Made by a program: the position numbers and the translations under genes
Notes under the pieces: generated by a model
Seen by the model: only the letters and a program-made list of their open reading frames with translations
What the model was told of the DNA's origin: nothing
Databases searched by the model: none
Shown: one piece after another, positions 51,838 through 64,000 of the stretch
Layout: each line of letters starts with the position of its first letter
Numbering within the stretch: the stretch's first letter is position 1
Origin: Octopus sinensis
Lineage: Eukaryota
Assembly (NCBI RefSeq): GCF_006345805.1
Contig: NC_043002.1
Span: 25,544,001-25,608,000, forward strand
Direction: 5' to 3'
Length of the DNA: 64,000 bases

Positions 51838-54743
51838 TGATTGATTGATTGATTGATTCCAGTTCCAGCCTATGAGCTGTGGCCATGCTGGGGCACCGCC
51901 ATTTGGTGTTGCTACTTGGTTTTACTTCATGGAGGCTTTCTAGCAACTGCTATTTGGTGCATGAGAGAGTTCGATGCAGCTGCCCTCATCTGCCCCTCCT
52001 GCCGTGAAGTTGGTTCATCTGGGACACCTGACAGGAAGAGATCCAGCTTCATTTTAAAGACATCTGTATCCACCCCATGCAGGTCTCTCAGGTTCTTCGG
52101 GAGGATATTGAAGAGCTGTGGGCCTCGGAAGCCCAGGCTATCACAGAATCTTGTCCTACATCTTGATGGCAGGTTTGGAGTCCTAGGCACCACGCAGTGG
52201 CGCCAGTTCTGGCATTTGTGTAACTCTCGATGCCAAAGTTCAGGACACTTCCCTCCAGGATCTTCCAGATGTATATTATGGCATATCTTTCCCGCCTACG
52301 CTCAGGGAGTATAATTTTAATCTCTTGAGTCTTTCCCAGTAGCTTACATTCTGCATAGAGGCTATCTTCTTTGTGTAGCTTCGTTGGATCGCCTCAAGTT
52401 CTGTGATCAACTTGACACTGGATGGTGACCATAGCTGAGAGCAATAGTCAAAGTGGCTTAGGACAAGTGTCTTCAGAGGACCATCATGGTTTCTTGTTCT
52501 CTTGTTCTAAAGGTTCTAAGAATCCAGCCAGCCAGCCGTCTCATTTCACTGTCAGTTTAGCAACATGTACATGAAAGGTCGCGTCATCACTCATGTGAAT
52601 ACCCAGGTCACGCACTGATTGTGCCTCTGGGATTGCAATCCCTCCGGGTCCAGTGTATTCATTGGGTATTGCATTCAATTTTGCATGCTGATAGTATAAG
52701 CTTGAAACTTTCCAGCATTGAACTGCATGCTATTCTTTTCAGCCCACTTGTATATTTCGTCCAGCTCACATTGCAGGTTTTTAGTGTCCTCAGGGTTCTG
52801 TATTGCCTGTGAAACTTTTGTATCATCTGCATAACTTGTGATCGTGGATCTCTGCGTGGCTGAGGGCATGTCTGAAAGGGCCATTATGAACAGTAGTGGT
52901 CCCAAAACAGTGCCCTGTGGAACACCACTCATTATTTGCGTGTTAATGGAAGTGGCCCCATTGGCTACTACCACCTGACTTCTATTCTTCAGAAAGTCGT
53001 GAAGCCATTCTCCTAGTTTTCCAACTATGCCAAGATCACGCAGCCTGTGATATCATTCCGTGATCGACTTTATCGAAGGCCTTTGCGAAGTCGAGATATA
53101 TGACTTCCACATTTGAGTGGTTGAGCAGTTGTTTCAGCACCCAGTCATAGTGCTGCAGGAGCTGAGTTAAGCAGCTTCTTCCTGGTCGGAAACCATGTTG
53201 GGTGTCAGGCAGCAAGTCATTTTCTTCAAGGAAGGTGATTAGTTTCCTTCTGACTATTCGTTCCATGACCTTGCTGATGGTGAGGTCAGAGAGATAGGTC
53301 TGTAGTTCTTTGCCTCCGCTCTGCTACCTCCTTATGAATAGGGCATATTTTACCTTCCTTCAGTCCCCTTGGAAGTTTGCCAGCTGCAAGGAAGCTCTGA
53401 AAGAGGGACTGCAGTGGTCTTGCTAAGACTCTCTTACATACTTTTAGGAGGATTGCCGGGAATCCATCGGGGCCAGTAGCTGAGTCTATTTTCATTTCAT
53501 CTATAGCCTTTATTACATCGTCTTCCTTTATCTCGATGTACTTATCGTCGCCGCCTCTGATTCTATATCTGCAGTGGTAAAGAAGTCAGTTGGATTGCTG
53601 ATTTGGAAATGCCCAAGGGGTGGAGTGAAAACACTCTTGAATTGTTCATTCAGTATTTCACTTACCCTCATTGGTTTTCCTGTGAGTGTGCCATCTTTCA
53701 AGGAGTGGCCCTATCCTACAGTGCACTGTAGCCGTTTCTTTGGCATACCTGTAGAAAGCTCTGGGGTTAGTTTTTATGTTGTCTATAGCCCAGGCTTCTT
53801 TGTCTGCTCTTTCCTTCTCATGGGAAAGTTGCAGACAATTTTCAATTTCCAACAGTTTTATTTTCAGGCGGGACTTTTCACTACTTTCAATTTGTTTGTT
53901 AGGCGATTTGAAATTTTGTTGTACGCCGTCTCATTAGAATTTTCCTCTCTCTGGGGATTTTGTTCTTGTGTACAGTGGCCTTTCTCTCTGGGACACATTT
54001 GTAGCATATGGCTTGCATTACAGACATGAATTGTTGAAGTATCATGTCGATGTCCGGCGAGGAGAGACATTCAGGCCAGTTTTGTTTGAGGATCTCTTCT
54101 CAATTTGTTTCCAGTTTGCCTTATTGAAGTTCAAGCTGGAAAGATTCTGAGGGTTTCTTGTAGGCTGCATGTCCGTGCTCTCTTTTGGCCCGTACATGGT
54201 CAGCTCTACCATGTTGTGATCCGAGAGTAGTGTCGGTGTCACTTTCACATTATGGATGAGATCCATATTATTTGTGAAGCAGAGATCCAGTGTGTTACCT
54301 GCTCTGGTTGGTTGCAGTATTACTTGCTCCATGTACAGGGTGTTGGTGAGGTTCAGGAGGGACCTCGCCTGTCCACGTTCACATCTTGTCATTCCTGGGA
54401 GAGAAAAGCCCTCGGGCCATCTGACATTCGGTAGATTGAAGTCTCCCATGAGAAGTACACTTATGTGTTGTTCTAATGTGGTTAGAACTTCTTCTATTTT
54501 TAAAAGGCAGTCCTCGAACTTGCCCATATGACTTGGGGCATCTGGAGGGCGATATGTAGCACACACAACTACATCAAGTTGCCTTATGTGTACAATTAGT
54601 GTGTCACACACCGAGTTTGAGTATGACAAAAGGACCTGGGGTGTGAGGTCCCCACGGATGTACATAGCAACTCCTCCATGACTCCTTTCTTTCCTGTCGG
54701 TCCGTAGTACAACATACTGTGGTATGTGTAATTCCGCATCTGC
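51838..54743 (-). mobile_element. CR1-clade LINE, 5'-truncated within the endonuclease, defective
   Basis: APE endonuclease (GGVAMY, YRPP, GDFNLP, PTRAGNTLDL, SDH), RT (GPDGFP, QHGFRPGRSC, YLDFAKAFDKV, SGVPQGTVLGPLLF, YADDTK) and an (AATC)n tail at 51839-51858. Confidence 0.93.
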
Positions 54744-54744
54744 T

Positions 54745-54781
54745 ATATGTATATTATATATATGTATATATGTAATATATA

Positions 54782-54824
<43 letters not shown>

Positions 54825-54832
54825 CATATATA

Positions 54833-54925
<93 letters not shown>
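54745..54925. repeat. (TA)-rich microsatellite at the 5' junction of the CR1 LINE
   Basis: Directly visible. Confidence 0.95.
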
Positions 54926-54926
<1 letters not shown>

Positions 54927-55344
54927 CAATTAAGGACAACTACTTAATAAGGAAAACTTAACAAGAAATTGTCAGGTAGATAGCGTGAAAACCTCATAAG
55001 AGAAAAATTTCGAAAATAATTATTTCTTATTGAACATATTAATTTTATATAGAGGGCATTATACATACATGCCAGAAGGCATTATACATACATACCACAC
55101 GCTAAGAGGGACAATTAGTCATTTCTACCAAAAATATTACTAATCCCACCGAATGCAATTTTTCAAAGCAAGACATTTAAAAAAATTTTTTTTTTTTTTT
55201 TTTTAAATGTCTTGCTTTGAAAAATGTCTTGCTTTGAAAAATTGTGTCTCCTTTTTTCAGGAACAGCTTGATGCATTGGTGAACAGTCAACGGCGTTGGA
55301 GAGCATAAATATTAAAGTTGTTGTTGAGAAAAAGTTAACTGACT

Positions 55345-55941
55345 TGTGATGTACCATGTGTTATGAAAACCAAGTTTCCCCGAACTGTAATGGTCTTTGG
55401 TTGTGTCCGCAGTGAGGGTAACGTCATGCTGCCCCACATCTTTGAACAGGGAATTATACTTAATTCAGACGGCCATGGTCAATCCTTAGCTGGAAAGAGT
55501 TGCTACAGGAAGGCCATATGCGTGGCAGTAGGATTCGGTCCCTTGTCATACCTCCGGAAAAAGTCAGAAGTGATTGTCGGGGTATTTCTACGATTTATCC
55601 GGCCCTAATTTCTGGCCTCCTAATTACTCTGATTGTAATCTCATGGATTGTATGTGTAGGGCGCGGTTAAGAAACACACTAATCGTTCTGACTGCAACAC
55701 CAAGATGAAAAAGGTGTTCGTTGATCTTCCCAGAGACACTCTGAGGAACGCATGCTACATGTTCAAGAGCCATCTTTCAACTGTGGTAGAAACTGGGAGC
55801 AGTTACTTTGAGTAAACCTTTATCTCTCAGCCATAACATAATCTAGTTGATATTTTTTCATTTTTAAAAGACTTATATTTTTGGATCGGATATTGTGTTT
55901 TCTTTTTTATGTAAACTATCAAATTTATCCAGACATCCGTA
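55345..55941 (+). mobile_element. Tc1/mariner-superfamily (maT-like) transposase C-terminal fragment
   Basis: KTKFPRTVMVFGCVRSEGNVMLPH, decayed QQDSAP, WPPNYSDCNLMD..VxG, and GSSYFE* end. Confidence 0.7.
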
Positions 55942-55960
55942 TATATATATATATATATAT

Positions 55961-56026
<66 letters not shown>

Positions 56027-56342
56027 TATAAATTCGAGGAACGAAATGTTTTCTTTATGTCCGCATTACAGAAAATACATCTTGTCGGAATTTATAAATA
56101 GACCGCTGAGTAACATCTGGTTTACGTCTGCTTGAAATTGAATTATTGCAATGTTGGTTATTTCCCCGATGTTTTTCTCCCTGTCTCCTTCTTTACAAGC
56201 GTCTCTTCTTTAAACATTATCTGCTCAAAAGACAACTGACAAACAGTCTTGTTTTCAGCTTGATAAATGGCGGAATAAATTGTTATTTCATGCAGGAAAC
56301 ATGGGTAGCTGTAATTACAAGATTCGTGGTTATTATTTTAAG

Positions 56343-56398
<56 letters not shown>

Positions 56399-56471
56399 TA
56401 ATCCAAACATGAAAACACAACAACGCGTGGACGCTGGAAAAAGTATAGTGTTACTGGATCAGGAAAGGAGC

Positions 56472-56521
<50 letters not shown>

Positions 56522-56525
<4 letters not shown>

Positions 56526-56620
56526 GACGGGTTTCTTTCAGTTTCTGTCTGTCAAATTCAGTCACATTGGTCGGCCTGAAGCCGTTCAGTAGGACTGAAT
56601 CCTGAACCATCTGGTTGGAA
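56522..56620 (-). mobile_element. SINE family A, 5' half
   Basis: tacgacgggtttctttcagtttctgtc ... gactgaatcctgaaccatctggttgg. Confidence 0.7.
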
Positions 56621-57689
56621 ATTTTAAAAACAAAATATGATGAGTCTTATAAAATAGGTTCTATGAAAGGATAACATCAATCCACCCACAACAAATTATA
56701 GTCACAAATCTGATTGTTCTACTAGTAGATTGTCTTTGAATAAATGATCCCAACAAGTGAGACGCAACTCACAAGTACACAGATATTGAGGTTTTCTCGG
56801 AGGGTATGGGAACTTTATAAAAAAACAACAACAAAAAAAATCAAATTTTATGTATTTCGTTTTACACCACTGAACAATTGATAATTTTTAGATAGTCCAT
56901 TGTGTTACAAATTTGTTTAAATTTTCTTGCTTACATAAGTTTTGCTACTGAGTGAAATGTTGAAATACTTGGGGATATTCTAATACATGAAATATATTAT
57001 GCATGTGGACCTTGAGTAAATGTAAAAAAAAATTCAAAAGCATATCGTTACAAAAAGAAGTTGATGATTTCTATGCTAGAATGTATTAACACGTAATGCA
57101 TTGGTCTAGAAATTAGATTGTTCCAGAGTAAATTGTTCTAAAACGTATTATCCTTAAGTGAATTGTTCCAAAGACTATTGATGATGCAGAGGGGATTGTT
57201 CCAAAGACTATTGATGATGCAGGATGGATTCTTCTGGAATGAATTGTTTAGAGGATCTCTGTCTGTCTGCCTCTCTCTCTCTTTCTCTCTGTTTCTTTCT
57301 CTCTTGGTGTGTGTCGGGGCGCTTAAATATGTGCAATTATTTGCAGCAGTATATTTCTATTCAAGTGTTTACACACACACACACACACACACACATGCAC
57401 GTCGGGAAAAACTAAACAAAAGAAAATTTGAAAAGATGATAATATGAAAAATTAAGAAGTTAAATATTTGATGATTTAAAAAAAATATATTACAATTACA
57501 ATATAAAAAATTATGTAAATTTATGTTCTGTGTTCAAATCCCACCGATGTCAACTTTGTCTTTCATCCTTTTGCGGTTTAATAAAAGAAATAAGTGATAT
57601 TCATTCTTAAGGTTGATGCAATCAACTCCTTTAAACTCCTTTAAAATGTCTGACCGTTTGCCTAACATTAAACACTAACGATTATTATT

Positions 57690-59450
57690 ATTATTTTGAG
57701 GAAAAAGCAGTAAGCTAGCAAAGTCGTTAGAACACCGGAGAACATACTTGGCGTCATTTCAATCGGCTCCAGAAAATTTGGAGGAGAAGAGGATAGTCGA
57801 CTACCCCGATCCCAGTACTCAACTAATGTTTATTTTATCGACTTTGAAAGGACAAAAGTCAACCTCAGTGGAATTTGAACGCCAGACACCTGCGTTCAAA
57901 TTCCACTGAGGTTGACTCTGCCTTTTGTCCTTTCAAAGTCGATAAAATAAACATCAGTTGAGTACTGGGATCGGGGTAGTCGACTATCCTCTTCTACCCC
58001 AAATTTTCTGGACTTGTGCATATAGTAGGAATATTTATTATTACTTTTAGGAGGGAAATGGCAACGTGCTGGCAGGTGCGTCAGCATGTTGGACAAAAGG
58101 ATTTGCAGCATTGGTTTTGGCTCTTTACGGTCTGAGTTCAAATTCCGCCAAGGTGGACTTTGTCTTTCTTCTTTTCGTGGTCCATAAAATAGATATCAGT
58201 CAGTACTGGGGTTGATGCAGTCAATTTATACTCTCCCCCTGAAATTGCTGGCTTTGTACCAAAATTAGAATGAATTATTATTTTGAGGAAAAGGGCGGCG
58301 AACTGGCAGAATCATTATTGACTCGGTCAAAATGCTGAGCATCATTTGTTTCGGCTCTTTACGTTCTGCGTTCAAATTCTGCCAAGGTGGACTTTGCCTT
58401 TATTCTTTCGGAATCGATGAAATAAGTACAAGCTCAGCACCGGGTTCGATGTAATCAACTTATTCTTTCCCCTATATATTGCTGGTGGAGGCACATGGCC
58501 TAGTTGTTATTGCAGCGGATGCGCGCTCGAGGGATCGCGGGTTCGAATCTCAGACTAGGCGATGTGTGTGTTTATGAGCGAAACACCTAAGCTCCACGGG
58601 GCTCCGGCACAAGGTAATGGCGAACCTCTGTTGACTCTTTCGCCACAACTTTCTCTCACTCTTTCCTCCTGCATCTTGCAGCTCACCTGTGACTTACCGG
58701 CGTCCCATCCAGGTGGGGAACCTATACGCCAAGGAAACCGGGAAACCGGCCCTATGCTCAACAAGGGGCAAAAAGGATTAAGAAGAAGAAGATATTGCTG
58801 GTCTTGTGCCAAAATTAGAAAGAATTATTTTTTCGAGTAATGCTGGCAGTTACCTATGTAGGTACAGGAAGGCGTCTTACCTTTTCATCATACAGTTCTG
58901 TTAATTTACCCACCTAGATTTGAACCCTTTTTTTTTGTCTATTCCCAAAGGATGACAAGATTTGAAACCTGAGCATAGAGAGGCGGAACCAATACTGCGA
59001 GGCATTCTATCCAAATATCGCACGGCAAGTCTATTCTCTGACGATTCTGCCAAGCCTTCATGCTAATTACAATAATGGCTTCTAATTTAGACACAAGGTC
59101 CACTGTTTTGAAAGGAAAGGTTTAGTCAGTACCATCGACCCAAGCATTTGACTAGTATTTTATTTTATTGACCTCGAAAAGATGAATAACAAAATTGGCC
59201 ACGTTGGGATTTGAACTCGGAACCAATACCACAAGAATTTCTAATTTTGGCATAAGACCAACAATTTTTCGGCTGGTTACTTATTTTTGTTGAACCCGAA
59301 AGATAAAAAGCAAAGCCAGCCTCGGTGGTATTTGAACTCAGGATGTAAAGAGCCAGAACAAGTACCGCTAAGTATTTTTGTCGGACGCGCTAACGATTCA
59401 ACCAGCTCGCCGGATTAACATCAGCAATATTACTAATAGCAACAAAACAA
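57690..59450. mobile_element. Cluster of SINE-like family B copies (head-to-tail, then inverted) plus a tRNA-headed SINE at about 58495-58760
   Basis: gttcaaattc...gactttgcc...gataaaata..accag motif repeated at 57892, 58135 and 58370, inverted at about 59140-59350; other copies at about 20940, 26790 and 51200. Confidence 0.8.
57768..58012. repeat. Near-perfect 245-bp palindrome
   Basis: Arms 57768-57882 and 57892-58012 are reverse complements with about 3 mismatches and one 6-nt indel. Confidence 0.93.
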
Positions 59451-59886
59451 AGAGAATAAACGTCAGGTTTACGTGGAACTAGAGACTTGTTGAAATGATA
59501 CGGATTCTCAGTGAAAGGAGAACACTGGATTAGAGAACACGTGATTATTGATAGTATTGCATATCTATATTATCTCTGACTACCTGCCACACACTCTCAT
59601 CCACTCACCTCTCTCTCTCTCGCTCTCCCTCACTCCCTTTCATAAGTTCGACCACTCTTCCGATTTTTTCGCTGTTATTCTCCTTTATCTCTTTTCTTTG
59701 TCTCGATGTTTTTTACGCGTCTATTTTCTCTTTTATAGTTTTATTTTTAATCCTTCTTTCCAATTGGAATTGCGCATCCATTTACGAGAAAAGCAAAAAA
59801 AAAAAAGCCTCCCTTCCCCACCAATAACTTTTATCCATGCATGTGTGTTTGCTTGTGTGTGACACACAAAGAAAGTGTCACATACA

Positions 59887-59925
<39 letters not shown>

Positions 59926-60200
59926 TACATAGTATGTACATATATATATATGTACATACACACAAACACATACGAGTGTGTTTCTCATTTAAATACATGT
60001 GTTCCTTCATGAGTGTATACGTGTTTGTGCGCAAAATATTATACAAAAATGGAGGACATAGAAAATATTCAATAGATGACGTCATCTATTTTATGATTTG
60101 GAAACTGGAAAACTTTCATTTATCATCATTCCGAGTTTTATCTTTCCGACCTTTCATCCGATGTAAGGAAACGGTAAATCGGAGTAATGCTTAGTGAAGC

Positions 60201-60236
<36 letters not shown>

Positions 60237-60237
60237 A

Positions 60238-61150
60238 CGAGGATTATGCCGCATAATTTTATTATTAAATATTACAGGTCGTTCAAATTGCATATGTTAG
60301 ACTAATTCTTCCGGTATAGAAAAATACTACCCAACAGATTCTCCATCACATCTCTCGAGACTTCTTTGAAACTGTTGCGCCCTCTTCACAATCATTCTCA
60401 CCTCGTCTGTTTCATCAATTCGTTGTCTCCGAAGACTGTTCTTTATTGGACCAAACAAGTGGAAGTCGGACAGCTCCAGATCCATGATGAGCCGTGGATG
60501 GGTGGGTATTGGTGGGGACAATGATCATACCAGTTTGCTGATTGCTTGATTTGTAACCAAAGATATGTTTGACCATGCAATGTGAAATCGTTTCCCGATT
60601 CATTTTCAATCTTTTCCTCTCAATGGCTTCTCTAAGATGTTTACAGTACATCCACGTTCTCGAAAATCAAAGAGAAATTGCACTCATGTCATCCTGCAAA
60701 ACGACTTTCTGTGCTGATCGCTGGCTTTTGAACTTCTTACGTTTGGAGAAGAGATGTGAAGCCATTCAGAAGATTCGGCTTTGTCTCCGAATTATAAAGA
60801 TATACTCACGTTTCATTCCTTGTCACCAGATCGGGAAATTAAGCATCTTTATTGGCTTCAAGCGCATCCAACAGATTAGAGCAGACTTTTACTTTTTTCT
60901 CCTTCAAATCTGTTGTCAATTGCCGAAGTACCACTTTGCATACACTTTCCGATATCCGACATCTCCTACTATCTTCTGTAATAAATAAGGATCGTAGTCA
61001 GTTGTGCAGCAAGCTCATGGATTGTGACTCGTCTGTCCGCGCAAATCATTTTGTCCACCCGTTGATGAATTGTATCAGTGGTAACAGCTTATGATCTCCC
61101 AATGTGTGGTTTGTGTTCAACGGTGATTTCCTTCTCTTTAAACTTCTTCA
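60238..61150 (-). mobile_element. Decayed mariner-like transposon
   Basis: ta|cgagg terminus; minus-strand DLELSDFHLFGPIKNSL...DEV (PDLAPSDFHLF motif); right end not resolved. Confidence 0.65.
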
Positions 61151-61683
61151 TTCATTTGTGCTCATTGCTTTTGTCAAAGGTGTTATCTCCATAAACATTA
61201 TGTAACCAATACTGGATATCGGAGAAAGTACTCTGACAGCTCGTTACTTCTGCTTGGAACCCATTATTTCTCTGAAATTTAAAAGAAAAGGAGGAAGAGT
61301 TACTGTAGAGAAAGAGTTACTCTACCAACATATGAACTTTGAATGGCCTATGTCACTTAATAAAAAAAAGTTAAGTCCATTTTAGTATTACTTTTCGTGT
61401 AAAAACGGAAGATCACTCAATGAAGCAGAGTGGACATTTAAGAGAAAACTTAGTGGTTCTGTATAAATAGGAATAAGTATTGAGATGGGTTTCATCGACT
61501 AAAGTCTTCAAAACGTTAGTCGATCAAATCGACCCCAATAGTTATATTTTAAGCTTGGTGCTTGACCCATCAGTCTCTCTTTTGAAAAAGCACTATGTTT
61601 AGTGGTTGTAAATAAACAAATCAAGGTTTGTATATGTACTTATACAAACCTATTTATATAAATTTATACATATATATACAAAA

Positions 61684-61724
<41 letters not shown>

Positions 61725-61729
61725 ATATA

Positions 61730-61801
<72 letters not shown>

Positions 61802-61930
61802 CCTACAGGCAGCTTTCGACTCTATCCAAAAAGGTTTGCTTTAACGCAATATTTACATGGTATTATCTAAAACTTCGAATTCATTGTCCTCACCAAATAA
61901 TTATATACATACATACATACACACACACAC

Positions 61931-61961
<31 letters not shown>

Positions 61962-63037
61962 CATACATATATATATATGTATATACGCACACACACATGC
62001 ATATATGCATGTATGTGTGTATGCATTTAAATGTATATGATTGTGCTTATGAATGTATGTGTGCGTGTGTGCGATCTATTTCTTTATTTTGAGAATGAGG
62101 TTTGAGACGAAATTTTGAATGTAAGATAAACGAACATTTGTTTTATTTTTCTTTAAATGTACATTACAACGGCTTCTTCGGTTTAGTCAATTTTTACAAT
62201 GCTTCATACAGATTTTCCGAAACAAAAACAAATTACACATATATCTTTGCTGGGAAAAGCACGAGAAAAAAATATTCACGAATGACGTCTGAACGTCTAT
62301 GTGCGAAAAGAACTGGATTCACCCCTTCCCTCCCAAACGGCAGGAATTCAAGGTTGACTCTGCCAAGTCTAATCGCTTCTCTTGTTAACACAACATTCAG
62401 AAGCCTGTAAAAGAGAACCTTTTCACTAGGTGCTCAACGAGACTGAACCATTCCGGTGTAACAACTCCAAAGTATAACCCGCTGCTCAGACAATACCAAG
62501 GGTTAAAGTGAGCCCGTCGGTTTAATATCCAGGGATATAACTTAGACTTGTCTAGAATATACCCCAAAGGTATAAAATAAGCCAGCTCACTTTAACACTG
62601 GGTATAGTTTGGCGTGGGGTTAAGATGGGTTGCTACATCGAGCGCTTCTTTTATGCGATAGGTGATTCACATCAATCTGGAAAACTTTCAACTCTGCTGT
62701 TTTCTTTTTGAAAATGGCTTTAACCTGAAATACTAAATGTTAGATAAAAGAATATTTTCAAATATGTTAATGAATTTTTTCCATCATTAGTCTTTATTTT
62801 TAGTGATAGCCTTATTTCGTGTCATGTTTTAAAAGAGCGAGTGAATCAGGCACATGCGGTCTTCTCGTCTTGTTTCTGTGTTTCTGGACAAGCAGCTGTC
62901 GCCATGCGTCAAAAGAACGAGGACTAATCACTGAAGTGACTGACTCGTATATATTTGTATAAATGTCTATATTTGTATATTTGCAGTTTAGCTATTAGTC
63001 CATCCATATTTTCGAGTCAAGGAGGAAGGCACACACA

Positions 63038-63094
<57 letters not shown>

Positions 63095-64000
63095 CACACA
63101 CTGGCAGCACATGTGAAAGCCACGCTGTTTTTCTGTTAGTAAGTCTTTTCGATATTCCTTCTATTTTCCCGACTTCGTCGGAAAACTGTTCGGTTTGTTT
63201 TTCGAAGGAAACTGAACACCCGCGAAAATACTTGTTTTGGCTTCACGCTTTGAACACAGAATGGGTTATATGCTCTTTCCAAAATTCTATTTCATAATGT
63301 CTAGTTTAATTTTGCGACACGGCTAAATCATTTTCAATCAAAGAAATAGTGAGTACAGGAAAAAAATGTTCCAAAAATTACTCCTATCTCGTCGTCAGCA
63401 AATCAGCTGCCATTCCTGCTTAGAAAGGCATGTGTCTCGACTGTTGCTGAAACCAAGTCTAAAGAGATACGCCCCTGGGACTACAAAGTGTCAACATGGA
63501 CACAACGTTAATGATAATAACAACAAAAACAACCACGGCACCAAACTAACCCAGTCATGCACCCCACCCCCAAAAACAAAACAAAAACAAAAACGAAAAA
63601 ATGACAATAACAAAAGCAGCAGTATCGACTGTAGTAGCCAGAACGGCAACATTATTAAATCATCGGTTACCACAATCTCGAAATCAAGCCCGTCGTTTGC
63701 TAGTGTAATGCAGACATAGATTGATTTAGAATTGGAGGACAACATGGAGTTCACTCTGAGTCACCAGTATTACTTAGCCAGAAGACGGAGGCGAACCATC
63801 ACCTGTAAATGCATCAACAAGAAAACCAGGTGGGTTGATGACTCAACACCAGAACAAGAAGTGGAATGCTTGAAGGACAAGCGGGAATCAGTATAGCATG
63901 AGAGAATAGGAAGACAATATAAAAAAGTTAGATATGCTTTGCCTCAACGAAGACAAAACTACAAGAATATCCACAAATGCTTGCTCTTTCGCAGATTATA

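Noticed and set aside
57162-57222. 33-bp tandem duplication (attgttccaaagactattgatgatgcag twice)
   Set aside because: Ordinary slippage duplication with no further structure.
63770-63802. Possible minus-strand terminal exon (ttttcttgttgatgcatttacag|GTG...TAA)
   Set aside because: Only about 10 codons in either frame and no partner exon in the window; cannot be supported.

Overview
AT-rich, microsatellite- and transposon-dense eukaryotic genomic DNA. The SINE families and simple-repeat load suggest an octopus/coleoid cephalopod; this is an inference from recalled repeat sequences, not a database result. The one securely identifiable gene is AP2S1 (AP-2 clathrin adaptor sigma subunit, 142 aa) on the minus strand. 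It has four phase-0 exons (18233-18235 ATG only, 14119-14268, 6817-6990, 3554-3655), none called as AP2S1 by the ORF track, and an NRF1/ETS/GC-box promoter at about 18250-18305. Its introns carry inverted pairs of RTE-LINE and RTE-tail repeats plus a perfect 30-bp inverted repeat, which are candidate dsRNA, A-to-I editing or back-splicing substrates. A few possible exons of an unidentified gene lie at 431-2630. From about 18.3 kb to the end, no host gene could be supported. That stretch is a collection of mostly decayed mobile elements: two Tc1 elements (one split by an intact solo LTR), two mariners, a maT-like fragment, a hAT-Charlie MITE, a non-autonomous Helitron, CR1, Tx1/L1, CRE-like and R4/Dong LINE fragments, three Penelope-like fragments, many SINEs and several fold-back palindromes. 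No CRISPR, rRNA or true tRNA gene was found, and I see no convincing novel protein-coding system.
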